Assembly (NCBI RefSeq): GCF_035084215.1
Contig: NC_090347.1
Span: forward strand, 25,668,001-25,732,000
Length of the DNA stretch: 64,000 nt
Source: Heptranchias perlo
Taxonomy: Eukaryota
Direction of reading: 5' to 3'
The first letter of the stretch is position 1, and each line of letters begins with the position of its first letter. Below are positions 47,138 through 61,357 of this stretch, piece by piece. Under the pieces are notes generated by a model that was given only the letters and a program-made list of their open reading frames with translations, searched no databases and was not told the origin of the DNA. The position numbers and the translations under genes were made by a program.

Positions 47138-48955
47138 ATGGAGCAGCAGAAGACGAGGCCAGCACCCCAGTTCATGTGACTCTTCACTGGAGTTGCTGTT
47201 AGCCAGTGTGAGGAGCAGGAGGCAAACATTCTACCTGGCGGACAAGAGGAAGCACCCTGCCTCTGCCACCAAGAAGGCCTGGCTTGAGGTGGCAGAGGAG
47301 GTGATCAGCAGGAGCACCATCTCAAGGACTTAGATGCAGCGCAGAAAGCGCTTCAATGATCTAATCAGGTTCGGAAACATGAGTACAGTTACTGATTCAC
47401 CTGCATTACCCCCCCTCACACACAGCCCTACGATGCCTACTCCATCACTTCTCTCCTCACACTCACTTAAGGCTCAGTGTCAGGTTACCTTCACTTTCTG
47501 TGCACTTCCTCACCTCCCCATTTGTGCACCCACCTCTACCACTCACCCAACCCTGATGTAATGTGATCAATGTGTCTGATAGTCGCCCTCTGATGCATGT
47601 TTTTCATTGTCAGCCTGACCCAGACCAATGTATCCATCGGGTGTCCCCATCACCCTCACTCACTCACACGTCTGTTCTTTCTCCACTAGTAGGGGAGGAG
47701 AGTGCAAAATGCAAGGGAAAGGAATCGGTCTGGAGGGGGGCCACCACAAATAGTGGCCCTTACAGAGGCAGAGGAGGAGGCCTTAGACTTCAGCCAGACG
47801 CTGGAGTGCCTGGCTGTTGGAGATGCCGAGATTGGCACCCCGCAAACGCCTGGTAACAGAACTTTAACATCCCTCACACACAACATGAATTGATGTTATC
47901 AATGATTGACCTGTTGCACACCTCAGTATGCTAATCGCAACATCACTTCTGCGATGATTGTTAATATTGCTGTATATTCTCTTCCAGGGCCTTCAAAGAT
48001 TGATGAAGCAGCAGACGACCTGGACAAGGGTGATTCCTCAGAGGAGCTCCAAGCCTCTAAGGAAGCACCGTCACATCATTGCGAGCCATGCATCAGCACA
48101 GATACTCACACCTCGGTGGGTCCTGTTGGACAATTAATTGGGTTGCCATCTGGTGAATCACCACTTACAAGTGCAGACACTGGTGGTAGGAGCAGCTATG
48201 GAGAATCTGAGTTGGTGGTCGCACTCCTTTCCAAGCTCCGCTCAGCTGGGTGCAGATGCTGAACCCCGGGGGCCATACTTGAGAAGGAAAATGATCGAGG
48301 TAGAGATGCAATTTGCAATGTACTGGAAGAGATGCCACACTCACTCCCCACAACAGCGGAGAGGATGGAGGAGTCCACCTCCAGCATTAGCGGAATGGTG
48401 GTGCAGGTAAGTGCAGGAGTGTCTGCGATGGAGAGAAGGCTAGCCTCCATTGAGCTTCAAGCACGGCTCAAAAATGAGTCCATTCAGGCCCTGACAACTG
48501 CCGTGCGGACTCAGGGTGACCAACATCCTGCCGCCTTAAACAGGCAGATAAATACTTTAGCATTGGCCTTACAAGGCTTTACAGATGACCTCCAAGCTGT
48601 TGTCCAGCAGAGTGGTAGGAATGAAGAGGCTCTGGCCCAGGAGAGGGATGATGGCGAAAATGGTTCTGGAAGCGGGGTCTCCACTCAAAGCGCTCCCATG
48701 TTTCACCCATTGCCCCACCCTCAACTGGTACCCAGAATGCGGCCTCCTCTCCCGATGGCCGAGTATGCCCCTGCACAGGTGCAGGTGGAGCAATCTTTGG
48801 CGGGGTCCTCGCAGGCTCCAAAACACAGAGGGCGTAGGCCAAGAGCATCTCAGTGATCAGGGCAGGGACCTGAGAAACCTGCCACTACCTCTGCTGATAG
48901 TACAAGGGATGCCCCCCGTAGAAGTAATAGGAAGAGAAAGACAAAGATTTTGTGA
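47138..48955 (+). pseudogene. Harbinger Myb/SANT-like gene, 3 exons (approx. 47138-47378, 47693-47852, 47988-48955)
   Basis: Colinear with the gene at 35765-37618 (KKAWLEVAEEV, RKRFNDL, RERNRSGGGPP, RLKNESIQALTTAVR). Has stops, frameshifts and a GT>AT first donor. Confidence 0.82.
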
Positions 48956-49150
48956 TCACCAAGGGTATGCACAAGGTTGTCAGACTAAATGTCATGTTTT
49001 TCATTTCTCTTTGTTTTTACATTCACAATAAATGTCATACTTGTCACCACCACTGCCATATCTTGTCCATTCTTGAGTCTCTTTCTTGAAAGTACACTTG
49101 TATGTGCCTCATCATGAACAGCAAGACTTGATGCCACCCATTGGGCGCGT

Positions 49151-50480
49151 TTACAATGGGTGTACGTGTGGTTTAGGACTGTTTTGTGCAAACGGAGGGG
49201 GAGGCGTGGGGGCTGGTGTTGGTGGTGGTGGACGTTCCAGTGGTCTTAATAGCTCACTATCTTCACTTTGCGGATCTCCTTTTGAGAATCTATCAAATAT
49301 GAGTGACTTCCTGGCATCACGAGCAACCAGGTGTGTTGCTGCTCTGCCGATGGGTTGCCCATTGTCCTCCTGCTCGTCCTCCTCCTCCTTTACTTCAATC
49401 CTGATGGCAGATGTGGGTGCTTTATGAGCGCAAGTGAGCTCCTCTACCTGTAACACTGTAATGTTGTGCAGGACGCAACACACGACTATTATTCTGCACA
49501 CCCTCGCCGGTGAGTACTGAAGGGAGCCTCCAGTTCGATCCAGACACCTGAAACGCATCTTCAGGATTCCAATGGCTTGTTCAATGACAGACCTGGTGGT
49601 GATGTGACTGTCATTGTACTGCTGCTGTGCCTCATTGATGGGGTTTCTCATAGGTGTCATGAGCCATGTCTGCAGGGGGTATCCCCTGTCTCCAAGGAGC
49701 CAGCCCTTAAGTCTGTCTTGTGCGTGGAAGAGGGCTGGGATGTTGGACTTGCGCAAAGTGAAGGAATCATGGCAGCTGCTAGGGAATTTGGCACACATCT
49801 GCAGAAACCACCTCCGGTGGTCACAATCCAGCTGCGCATTGATGAAGTGATATCCTTTTTGGTTGATGAACATGTATCATGTGGAGGTGCTCGGATAGCT
49901 ACGCATGTGCAATCAATTTCGCCCTGCACCTGTGGGAAGTCAGCCAGAGAGTGGGACCCCACTGCTCTCAGTCTGGCTGATGTCATTGCAGGGGATGTTG
50001 ACATAGTCAACAAGCCAACCCTGGCAAACAAGCCAACCGTGACCTGTCAAATAAACTTATGTGCAGACGACTGAGAGATCCTGGTGATGTCACCTGTGGC
50101 ATTCCAGAAGGATCCAGAGGTGAAAAAATTGAGGTTAGTGGTGACCTTATCTGTGATGGGCAATGCGTGGCCACCAGGCCCAGCTGGGAGCAGCTCTGCA
50201 TGAAGAAGCGTGCAGATGTCTACAACCACCTGGCGACTCAATCTGAGTCTTCACAGGCACTGCTCCTCAGAGAGGTCCAGGAAGCTCAGCCTCTGTCTGT
50301 AGACCCTCTCACGTGGGTAGTGCCTCCTGCGAAGTCGGCCCCTCCGTTGGTCCCCTCTCTGTTCTTCTGCAGGTCCTTGTGGCGCACCTCTATCTTGTGG
50401 ATTTGCAACTTCCAGAACTGCACGCCTTGCTTGCAGGATGTACTGTAGAATAAATCCATTGCGCCCCCCTATCCTGATGG
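49151..50480 (-). pseudogene. HARBI1-like DDE transposase
   Basis: IDCTCVAI, NQKGYH.IN.Q, FPSSCHDS, WLLGDRGYP, WLMTP, TRSVIEQAIGILKMRFRCLD, CCVLHN; frameshifted. Confidence 0.92.
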
Positions 50481-52055
50481 TGTCAGTCCAAAATGTAGGT
50501 AAATATGTGTGAACACAAGAATTCTGAGTGTGAACCAAGAAATCTCAGACTAAACACAAAGAACTCCCAGCCAAAGGTTTGTCTGAGAGAACTGATTGCC
50601 CTGCTGCAAAAACTCACCTTTTCTTCACACGTGTCAATCACTGATTTAAAGGTCCAATGGGCGCCGGCTGCAACTCGCCTCCGTTTCCATGGCGTCTTTC
50701 AGAGGCCACGGGAGACATGTTCAGAAGCAGTTAAAATGGCTTGTGTAGTTCAAACTACAAAAATTTACTATCTTTAAGTACCTCACTTGGCCCTTTAAAT
50801 ATCATCCCGCCAACTTTAAATGCCGGCGAGACTTCCGGATCTCAGGAGCGCCTGCGCACCCAGACGCGTCTGGGTCAAACCCGGAAGTCAGCGCGTTGGA
50901 GCCGGGATGCGGTCCCACTCCCAAAACGGAGAAATTTCACTGCCCACCTGCCCCCAACCCACCCGTTCTTCAGGGTTAAAATCTTCCCATTGATATCAGG
51001 CTGTTGATTAACCTGTTTTATAATGGCCTGTCTTAATGTTCAAGATGAGAAAGCACTTAACCTCTCTCACAAACATACATCCTGAAGTAAAACCTGATCC
51101 ACAAGCTTAGCTGGATGATCGGGGAAAGTCCAGAAAAATAAAGCTTCTTTTTATATCGTGCCAAAGAATATTGAACTTCTTTGATCCATGGTGATATAAA
51201 CTCTTCGATCCAAATGGACTAAAATTCCAAAACATGGAAAGTCCCAGTGGTTTTCTTGAGTCAGTACTGAAAGATAAATAAATGGCTTTGGAAATTTTAG
51301 CAAGTGGGAAGTTCAGTGTTGGAAAAGAAACCTTTTCACATGATGTTTCTTTCTCATGGTCACTGTGGACTTTTTTTTGCCTATTTTAACTTCAATAAGC
51401 AAGAATGACATTAGCTTCTCTGCATAATATTCCTAACTATCTAGAGCTTTAGTGAAATGCTGACATTATTTCAGCATTTAACTTCCTTTTGGCATGTGTC
51501 CACAAATTCACATTTTGTACAGTTAACCAGAGGGCTTTATTACCCTGGGGCGGCACTGGTTAATTTATGCACATAAAATTACTTTTGTGCACCACTTGAA
51601 CAATCGTTGGCCTGTTTAGTTTAAACAGCTTAACAACTGCATTAAAATAGCGTACAAAGGAACTTTAGACAAAAGCATTATCCATTGCACTACCAGAGGA
51701 AATGAAACCTTCAAGGAGTAAAACATGATTATTATGTGCTAAGCCTGACTAAAATAAACCAATCAGTGTTTTTATGCATAAAATAGCAATGTTTGTGATA
51801 GAAGTTACAATTCAAGTTGGATTAAACAGAATCTTTTAGCTGTGTTATTTAGTGTTATATTTGTTTATTCATTTCTGCAGCAACTGCCTTACAGCAGCAA
51901 CGGAAGGTGGGGAGGGCAGGAAGGATGAAGCATGACCACTTTAGGAGAATTTATTGGCAGAAATCAAAGCTCTAACTTCAGGTTTCCAGGCAACAGATCA
52001 CTTTGGAAGTAACTGGGCAATGACCCAGCTGAAAAATGCTGTTTACTTATCAAGC

Positions 52056-52690
52056 GACAAGTTGCATTAATACAGTGTCTTTAACGTAGAAAAATAATCC
52101 CAAGGCCCTTCACAGAGACAAAATCAAAAAAAAATCGCTGAGCCAAAAAAGGAGATAGGAGCGTTCAAGAACCCGGTCAAAGGTGTGTGTTTTAAGCACG
52201 GTCTTAAAAGATGAAAGAGAAGTGGAGAGGCGGAGGGGTTTTGGGAGGGAATTCCAGAGCAGGGGGCCTAAGTGGCTGAAGGCACAGTTGCCAATGGTGG
52301 GGTGAGGGGAGAAGAGAATGCCAAGAGACTGAGTTAAAGGAACGGAGAGCTTGGGAGGAGTGCCGTGCGGCTGGAGGAGGTTACAGAGATTGGTAGAGGC
52401 AAAGCCATGAAAGGATTTAAACAAGAGGATCTGAATTTAAATTGGAGGCACTGAGGACCAGGAGCCACCGTAGGTCAGTAAAGACAAGAGTGATGAGTGA
52501 GTGGCACTTGGTGGAGAAAAGGACGTGGGCAGCCGGATTTTGAAAGGGGGAGGAGGAGGGGAGCATTGGAATAGTCAAGTCTGAAGGTGACAAAGGCAAG
52601 TATGATGGTTTCAGCAGAAGATAGTCGAGGAAGGGGTGGAGGTGGTTGATGTTATGAAGCATCTCCATCCCCATAGCATGAGGAGGATGC
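52056..52690 (-). mobile_element. L2 LINE 3' part
   Basis: Minus ORFs: QNPAAHVL..ITLVFTDLRWL, FKSFHG..NLL, G..AFSHLGPLLWNSLP..SFKTVLKTH. Confidence 0.85.
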
Positions 52691-53487
52691 ATAGGAAAGG
52701 GAGGATGGAGAACAGGAGGGCCAGCAGCCAGAGGAAGGACACGATTTATAACCCAATGCTTTCAATGAATAAAAGTTGACACTCCAAATGAAGTCACTTA
52801 ACACCTACCTGTTCTCTCTCCACACACCCTCACAAAGTCCCTCATTGTCAAGGACTTTTTCCAATTTCCTTCATTTTCTCTGCCATCATCCAACTCCCAA
52901 AAGTTGCAAATATTCACAGAATTTATCTCATAACTCCAAGTGGTCAAGTGTGTTTTTTTAACCCTGTGTGTACCCATTGTGCTAACTACTTACCTGCTCG
53001 AGGTCCGAATCTGCTATTTCTGTGAAATTCTCCCTAAGTGAAACAAAGTTGACCAGTTTCCCCTGAAGCCTTAGAGACTTGAGGTGACTCCTGTCTGAGG
53101 GAAGCAGCTGTCTCAGAGATACCAGTTTCCTGCAGCCTTTCTCTTGCAGTGTCAATGGAGCCAGACCCATGTCTGAAGCTCCCTCACATGCACATATTGG
53201 AGGGGGCTTAAAGGATGCAGGATCATTGCCACTCTCCAGAGAAACGCTGAAATCTGTGACCACTCTATGCAGCCCTTCGATGCCGGACACAGTCTCAGTT
53301 TTCCTGTTCAAAGCATTTATTTAAGCAATGGTAGTTGTCACTCCAGACAATCATCACTGTTCTTAGTACCTTCTCCAGAGGCCACATTACTGCAGAAATC
53401 TGCGGGACTATCACTCTCTCCAGAGTGTTCTGCATGTCATGGGAAACTTCCTACAATGTGTTGCAGATGCAGATAGTAGATTCGTCC

Positions 53488-53927
53488 ACTTCTCTCACCT
53501 CTGAGTGAGAAGGTTGTGGGTTCAAATCCCATTCCAAGGACTTGAGCCCAAAATCGAGGCTGACATTCCAGTGCAGTGCTGAGGGAGTACTGCACTGTCG
53601 GAGGTGTCGTCTTTCGGATGCGACGTTAAACCAAGGCCCCATCTGCCCGGTCGGGTGGACGTAAAAGATCCCGTGGCACTATTCGAAGAAAAGCAGGGGA
53701 CTTCTCCCCAGTGTCCCTCAATCAACACTTAAAAACAGATTATCTGGTCATTATAACGTCGCTCTTTGTGGGACCTCATTGTGCGCAAATTGGCTGCCGC
53801 GTTTTCTACATTACAACAGTGACTGCACCTCAAAAAAAAAGTACTTCATTGGCTGTAAACTGTTTTGGGGTGTGCTGAGGTCGTGAAAGGCGCTATATAA
53901 ATGCAAGTCCTTCTTTCTTTTTTCTTT
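53488..53927 (+). mobile_element. Deu-domain tRNA SINE (SacSINE1-like) with L2-type tail
   Basis: B box GGTTCAAATCCC, Deu-type core (CTTTCGGATG..CGTTAAACC..GGACGTAAAAGATCCC..GTGCGCAAATTGGCTGCCGCG), tail GTGAAAGGCGCTATATAAATGCAAG. Confidence 0.88.
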
Positions 53928-54048
53928 ATATCATCTCAGCCATATGCATAGAAATCATCTCCACTGCATGCGCATAATATCGATGTCCCTGTCCCTAATC
54001 ATAGTTCCATTGAAGATTGAGCCCCTGAGATCTGGGTCCTTATTCTCC

Positions 54049-55105
54049 TCAGCTGAGAGTGGTCATTTCTCCACTCTCCATGGAGGAACGGCACTCTCCC
54101 TCACTAATGCTTAATGCTTCATGCAGTGAAAATCCTTCTGACTCATTAAGTATTTCCTCCTGAGTGGGTGTCTCTATGCTGATGCTTGTAAAGGTAAAAT
54201 TCTGTGAAGAAGTTGGTGATAAAATGACAGGATTTGCAGATATGAAAGTGGCAGTGGCTGTATCTCTGGATGTGCCAGGGTGGTCATCGGGTTGGATGGC
54301 TGCTTCCTGCATGGCACCCTCTATGAGGTAAGCATGAACTACCGATGCACACAGTGACATTTTCCCTTGGAGAAAATAGGAGTGCAAGAGCATTGCAATA
54401 CTTTCAGAAAGCACATGAAGATGGCACTATTTATGTGCCTTGGCCTGCCTTTACGACCTTCTACTGCCACCTTGCCCCTAACCTTGCTGTTTCCCACAGC
54501 TTCTCCTGTTTGCCTGCCTATTATTTGCAGAGCTTACTCTTCATGCAGACTCAAGGTTTTCAATCTTAATGTTCCTCCCCGCAGTTGCAATTTACCAGTG
54601 GTTTCATGCCACCTTTCCCTTCAAGAGGAGAGAAGACATTATTTAAGGAATGTGAATGGTATGGAGACCTGTTTGTTTTTCCGGTATGAGTGCATAAATC
54701 TAATGATGACAAGAAATTCAGGTGCATTGTCCCTTTAAATCAAGTATCCTTGAAGACTAGTGGAAGCCCTTGTGGCAGGCTCTGTGAGCTGACAGAATGG
54801 TTGTGAGTTCAGATGGTGCTTGAGTGTTCACAGAGATGGCTTTTTGGAAAAATCAGTTTCGTTGATATGCAGATGATGACAGAGAAGCAGTATGAGAGGT
54901 AAGGAGGTGAGTAAAGCTTCTATTGGTGGATTGGCAACATTGCCTTGACTTCCTTGGCCACTCTTGAGAGGTCACTGAACCTTTCCCGACTGTGCGATAG
55001 TTTGAGCTGCTGAAGGTTTGCACTGACAGTTTCTTTAACTTCCCTCCATACTGCCTGAACCACCTTCTTGCCCTCAGTGCCCAACAGTTGATCCCACCAA
55101 GAAGT
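54049..55105 (-). pseudogene. Very old decayed Harbinger Myb/SANT-like gene
   Basis: Minus strand ~55100-54950 reads QLLG..AVWREVKETVSA..RERFSDLSRVAK; ~54620-54490 reads RGG..LSLHEE*ALQIIG..EAVG; S/T-rich third exon 54049-54370. Confidence 0.5.
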
Positions 55106-55124
55106 ATTCCCAGTCTTAATAAAA

Positions 55125-56300
55125 GGCTTTCATTTGTACTATTACTACATTTTGAAAGGAAAAACAAGGAATGGAAGTATAAATTCAATGGAAAGACACT
55201 GGATAAAGCCATTAAAAAATCCAATTGCATTTTTGATAAAAAAGGGCTATAGAGGAAGAGGTAATTATACATTTGTATAAGGCAATGATTAAGCCAGGTA
55301 GAGTATTGTTTGTGGTTTTAAACACACTGTTATAGAAAGGACAGAAAAGCAAAAGAGAGTGCATAGTCGAAATTCATCACGATGATAGCAGGGATGAGAA
55401 AATATGTATTGTGTATAGTTCTCAATATAATAAAAAGGACATGGAGGCATTGGAGAGGATGCAAAAAAGATTCACAAGGATGATACCAGAACTGAGGGGA
55501 TATCCTTATCAGGAAAGGCTGAACAGGCTGCGATTCTTTTCTCTAGAAAAGAGAAGGCTGAGGGGTAACCTGTTAGAGGTCTTTAAGATAATGATAGGGT
55601 TTGATACGGCAGACGTAGAGAAAATGTTTCCACACGTGGGGGAATCCAAAATTATCGGTCGTAAATATAAAATAGTCGCTAATAAATCCAATAGGGAATT
55701 CAGGAGAACCCTCTTTATCCAAAGAGTCGTAAAAATGTGGAATGCGCTACCACAAGGAGTAACTGAGGCAAATAGCATAGATGCTGGATAAGTACATGAA
55801 GAAGAAAGGAATAGAAGGGTACCCTGATAGCATTAGATGAAGTAGGGAGGGAAGAGGCTCGTAAAGAGCATAAACTAGTTGGGCCGAATGGCCTGTTTTT
55901 CTTTTGTAGTTTCGATGTAACTCAATGTTTATGAGATACTGGGACAAATTCTCCTGGAGCAGAGAGGTTAAGAAGAGATTTAGTCGAGGTTTTTAAAAAA
56001 AATTATGAAGGGTTTCATTGGGTGAATCTGGAAAAAGCCATTTTCTCTTTTTGAGCAAGAGGACATCAATTTAAAATTGTCACTAAAAGATTGAGGAGAG
56101 GGGTTTGGAAAAATATCTTCATGCAGAAAGTTTGACCACAGGGAGTAGTTGAGACCTAAACCATTGCATCTTTTTAAGAGAAGACCAGATGAACATTTGA
56201 AACAGAGAAAGACGCAGGGCGATGGGAGGAGAGCAACAAAGTGAAATTGGTTTCAATTAGCAACAACAAAGAATCGGCACAGACACAATGGGGTGAACTC
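55125..56300 (+). mobile_element. Nested CR1 3' fragments (younger copy ~55410-55920 inside an older one)
   Basis: ORF 55411..55791 (ALERMQKRFTRMIPEL..RRLRGNL..VVKMWNALP); decayed equivalents on both sides. Confidence 0.8.
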
Positions 56301-58564
56301 CCTTTGTTCCAGTAAAAATTTTAAGAAGAATATGCCAAATTCCTAACATCTTCTGCTCTGACTTGCATAGGGGACTTTGTACCTGATGTACAGGCAAAGA
56401 CTGTAACATAAACATGGGGGTTGTTATCAAATTTTTATATTGCTTTGCAGGTGCACTATCAGCTTAATCTTTGCTATCTTATTAAAGGGGCATTAGCATC
56501 CTGAAAATGTATTTAGAATCATAGAATGATAAAGCACAGAAGGAGGCCATTCGGCCCATCATGCCTGTGCCTTGGCAAAACTGTTTCTGTTTGGAAGTAA
56601 TAGGAGCCAGACGATTGGTATCATTTTCATGACTACAATACTGAGTGCTAATGATTCAATCATGTATTTCAGTATCAATTATGTCTTTGTGTTTGTATAG
56701 GTAAAGCAGTGGAAACAAAAAGTTTGCCAAAGATTTTCATGAAAATGATGCCCCTTTAAGTGTTACGCTAAGGTCTATAAAAAAGCTGCAGAGTATTGTT
56801 TCAACCTTTCACCAGTATCAGAAAATGTTCCTGCTGTTTAAATGATCAATGTTTCAGCAATCTTGTACTTTCCACTCCTTTCCCTTTGTTGAAATTGCCT
56901 GTGTAAGCAAAGGTAATAAATGGACTTGACGTGGTATGACCTTATCTCTTGTGGAGTACTGAACTCACAGTAATGTTTCTAACATACGATAAAATAATTA
57001 TTGTGAATATTTTGGAAATTGCGAGATCAGCTTGATGACAATGATTACTGACAAGTCCAAAGAATCCTTTGTGCCCACTGTACAGATCAGCTTATAAAAT
57101 TGTACTATTTGATAAAGCAGGCTTTGGACATTCAGGTCCCGAATTTCCTTGTATAAGTTCAGCACAACAACGGTGTACATATGGCGTAATGCTGATTTTC
57201 AGTGCAGAAGATTGAGGAAACTTGCCCGTGAATTCTGCCAGTTTTTCACCACGCGCGAGTTTCTTTGATCTTTTATGACGGTTTAGCAAAGCACTGCTGA
57301 AAACCTCTGCCGCTTATTAACACAGCTCCGCTCATGCAAAAGAACAGAGGATGCAAGATTCTTGCTTATAAACCATTCTGAACGGGTTGTAAATTTCAGC
57401 CCAAAATTTTAGGCGCAGCAAGACCCAAAGTCTTATTTCTGATGTTTTATGGGAATTTTTAAAATTTCTCCTCACTGAGACCTGCATTGTATTTGTTTGT
57501 ATTTTTTGAATGGATTTTTATGGCACTTATGTTAAAAATTGAAAAGCTTCCACGATTGCATTAAACATGCTGTGCCCAATGTGCATAAATGGTGGTTTGA
57601 TGATTTGAAACTTTAATTTTCATACATGAAGAGGGACTTAAAGAAGGAATATGGCATACGTTCCATGTTTTCCTTGGGCCTCAATTGTTAACACTGATTT
57701 CCGCTTGCTTTTGCCGATTTTTACATTCGGGTGTATGCTAATGAGATTGGCAGGAAATTTCGGCATAAGTCGCCATTGGCAAGATCGGCATAACAACTGG
57801 TGTAATTGAGGAAATTCTAGGCTTCAGTGTCCAAAAATCTAATAGATGCCTTTTGGTACCAAGAGTTTTTTAGGGAATATTTCTTTATATACACCAATCA
57901 GAGTCATGTGAAACAAAAAAGCAAGAAAAAAAACCAGAAGTAATTGAAACATGCCTGCTTAAAATAGTATTATCCCAAACAGTCAGAGGAAGGATTCCTG
58001 TAAGTGATGCTTTCTGTTTCGATTCTGCCAGTTCCCCATTGGAACTATGCTGGCCTTTTAGACTAGGGCAAGGTGCTCTTTCACGTATGCAGTCCTACGC
58101 AAATTGGATGTGAAAGTATTTTCATAAAATTATTGTTCTTTCCATCGGGATCATGCTTGCCTGCTGCCTGCCCATATTTCGTGGGCACGAAAGGAAAGTC
58201 CAGCTATAAATGAGCTCTTCAAGGGACAGAGGCTTTACTTGTACTTATTTTCGTTTTTTTTTCTCTTCCTTTTGATCAGAACATGTAGCAAATGTTTTAA
58301 ATTAATAGAAAAGCAAATGAATATTGTCTCCAAAATCACTGGAAAGCATTTACAAAAATTCAGAACAGGAAGATTGTAAAGACAAAGGGGCCTGGATACT
58401 GACAAATTTTCACCGCAGCTTAGTCAGTGATAGGCTGAACAGGGCAACCTTCTTTGTGCCCTCCTAACACAGCACTTTGCGAGCCATCAAATGATGGTTG
58501 TCACTTGCCCGGAGCTTCCATTTCCTGCTCCTCACCGCCCTAGCTCTGAACCAGTATCTAGTAT

Positions 58565-59260
58565 TATAGTATCATAGTAGGTACAGTACAAGAGGAGGCC
58601 ATTCAGACCATTGTGCCTGTGTCGGCTCTTTGAAAGAGCTATCCAATTAGTCCCACTCCCCTGCTCTTTCCCCATAGTCCTGTAAAATTTTTCCCTTCAA
58701 TTATTTATCCAATTCGCTTTTGAAAGTTATTATTGAATCTGCTTCCACCACCCTTTCAGGCAGTGCATTCCAGATCATAACAACTCACTGTGTAAAAAAA
58801 TGTTTCGTCGTGCCGCCTCTGGTTCTTTTGCCAATCACCTTAAATCTGTGTCCTTTGGTTACCGACTCTTCTGCCACTGGAAACAGTTTCTTCTCAAATA
58901 CTCTATCAAAACCGTTCATGCTTTTGAACAGCTCTATCAAATCTCTTCACTATTCTAAGGAGAACAACTCCAGCTTCTCCAGTCTCTCCACATAACTGAA
59001 GTCCCTCATCCCTGATACTATTCTAGTAAATCTCTTCTGCACCCTCTCTAAGGCCTTGACATCCTTCCTAAAGTGTACCCAGAATTGAATAGCGTACTCT
59101 AGCTGAGGCATAACCAATGTTTTATAAAGGTTGAGCATAACTTCCTTGCTTTTGTACTCTATGCCTCTTAATAAAGCCCAGGATCCCATATGCTTTTTTA
59201 AAAGCCTTCTCAACTTGTCCTGCCACCTTCAAAGATTTGTGTATACACACCCCCAGGTTT
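58565..59260 (-). mobile_element. CR1 (HER1-like) 3' part
   Basis: ORF 58950..59213 (RGIEYKSKEVMLNLYKTLV..RFTR); GGAGGCCATTC tail. Confidence 0.85.
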
Positions 59261-59289
59261 CTCTCCTATTTCCCCTCATACCGTCTCTG

Positions 59290-60330
59290 AGCTCATCTTG
59301 TCCGTGAGAGCAACGTTCCTTTGACCCCATTCTCACCAAACTACTGACCACCCAACTTCACTCCCTGATCCCCTTGCCAGTTCACATTGTAAATGGCTGC
59401 CTCCCCTCAGGTGCTGCTATTCCCCTCCCTTTCTAAACCACTGTCATCAAACCCCTCCTCATAAAAAACACCCTGAATCCCTCTGTCCTTGCAAATTACT
59501 GCCTCATCTGCAATTTCTCTTTCTTCTCCAATGTTCTTGAACATGTTCTCACTTCCCAAATTCATGCCCTTCTTTTCCACGACTTCCTGTTTGAATCTCA
59601 CCAAATACATTCTTGTTCCTGCTTTTGCACCGAGATGACCCAAACTAAAGTCACAAATCACATCCTTTATGACTGTGACCATGGTGCATTATTCCTCCTC
59701 GTCCTCTTCGAGCTCTCTGCATCCTTTGACACAGCCATCCACACTATGTTCCTCCAATGCATCAGCTCTGTTGTCCAGCTCAGTGGGATTACCCTTGCTT
59801 GGTGCCACTCTGACCTGTCCAATCGTAACCAGAGCATTTCTAGCAATGGCTTCTCTTCCGGCCCTGTACTGTTACTTAGCTCCTCCTCTTCCTCATCTAT
59901 ATGGCTCCTCCTTGGCAACATCATCTGCAGACATCGGATCAGCTTCCATATAATGGCTTCTAGCTCGACCCCGTCACCACCTCCTCCACTGCCTCAATGT
60001 TGCCTGACTGCTTGACTGAAAACCAGTCTTGCACGAGCCACGATTTGCTCCAGTTAAACAAGGGATGCTCGAAGCCATCATCTTCGGCCCCCACCAAAAA
60101 CTCTGCACTCTTTCTATTGATTCCAACCCCTCATCAGTCATTGTCTTAGGCTGAACCAGGCTGTCCGCAACCTTGATGTCCTATTCAACCATGAGCTGAG
60201 CTTCCAACGCCATATCCTCTCTATCACAAATACCATCTGCTTCCACCTCTAACTTTGTACGTCTCCATCGCTACCTTGGCCAATCTGCTGCTGAAATCCA
60301 CATCAACCCTTTGTCACCTCCAGACTCGAC
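59290..60330 (+). mobile_element. Decayed L2 LINE RT region
   Basis: IKPLLIKNTLNPSVLANY, TKVTNHIL..D..LLVLFELSASFDT..H, VRNLDVLF motifs. Confidence 0.8.
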
Positions 60331-60802
60331 TAGAGAGTCATTTGGTTACGAGGACAGGAAGTCATACATCACTGCGCAGTGTTATGGATCCTCTAGATAT
60401 CTCTAAAATGTACAGACTGTTCAGCAAGCTCTCAAAATGACTGCATAAACAGCTGATGCTGGGCTACAAAATTACACTTGTAAGCAGGCTCTGTGAGGCC
60501 TGAATTCCTGAAGGACCCCTTGAGCTGGCCCACTGGCCAGCAGGTTATGGCTCCTTCAGGTTCACTGGTGCTTGCTTCTCCTCACATGTGCTTTCTGCTT
60601 CGTCAAGCACTTCCTCCTACGACTGACCTTGCCCGAGTGGACGCTTCTGGGGTGGTGTTTGTCATTGTAGGGGTGGATGTTGCTGGGTGCTGTGCTCAGG
60701 TGAGGCTGGACATTGGACTCTCCCAAATCCTACTCTTGGCCACCAGTTGGAGCAGAAGAACAACACATTTTAGAATGCTGGCAATGAAGCATGCCTGGAA
60801 AC

Positions 60803-61125
60803 AAAGAACTTGCATTTATATAGCACCTTTCATGACCTCAGGACGTCCCAAAGCGCTTTACAACTAATTAAGTACTTTTTTCAAAGTGTAGTCACTGTTG
60901 TAATATTTGAAACATGGCAGTCAATTTACGCATAGCAAGATCCCACAAACAACACTGAAATAATTTACCAAATCATCTGTTTTAGGTGTTGGTTGCGGAA
61001 TAAATGTTGGAAAGGACACCAAGAGACACAAAGGACACCAAGAGAACTGTCCTGCTCTGAATCGTGCCATGGGATCTTTTATGTCATCTTGAGAGGGCAG
61101 ATAGGGCCTTGATCTAACATCTCAA
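60803..61125 (-). mobile_element. Deu-domain SINE (SacSINE1-like), 3' part
   Basis: Reverse complement similar to 53620-53915 (ACTTGCATTTATATAGCACCTTTCA..GTGCCATGGGATCTTTTA). Confidence 0.82.
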
Positions 61126-61357
61126 CACATGGCAAAATTTTAGTGTGTCTGTATGTGAGACACCATATGTGAGTCTGAACATGTAGCATGTAAGCATTTT
61201 CTACTGGCAAACTTTCCAAAATGGATCCAGCCACACCCGACTATCTGGCACACCACAATTTTCCAGGGCAGTTTTGGCCCAGCAAGAATTTCAAAGGGTG
61301 TGATTATTATCGTAAGCACTTGCTTCCAGTCAAACAACGCCAAAGTATATTTGTTTT

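Larger units (their letters stand above)
46887..50988. mobile_element. Full-length decayed PIF/Harbinger transposon (Myb-like gene +, transposase -)
   Basis: Ends GGGAATAAATTTTAAC / GTTAAAATCTTCCC; both convergent genes present. Confidence 0.92.

Noticed and set aside
51860-56860. Isolated strong splice acceptors on the plus strand (~51880, ~56450, ~56700)
   Set aside because: Following frames are short and unrecognisable; no coherent gene model.
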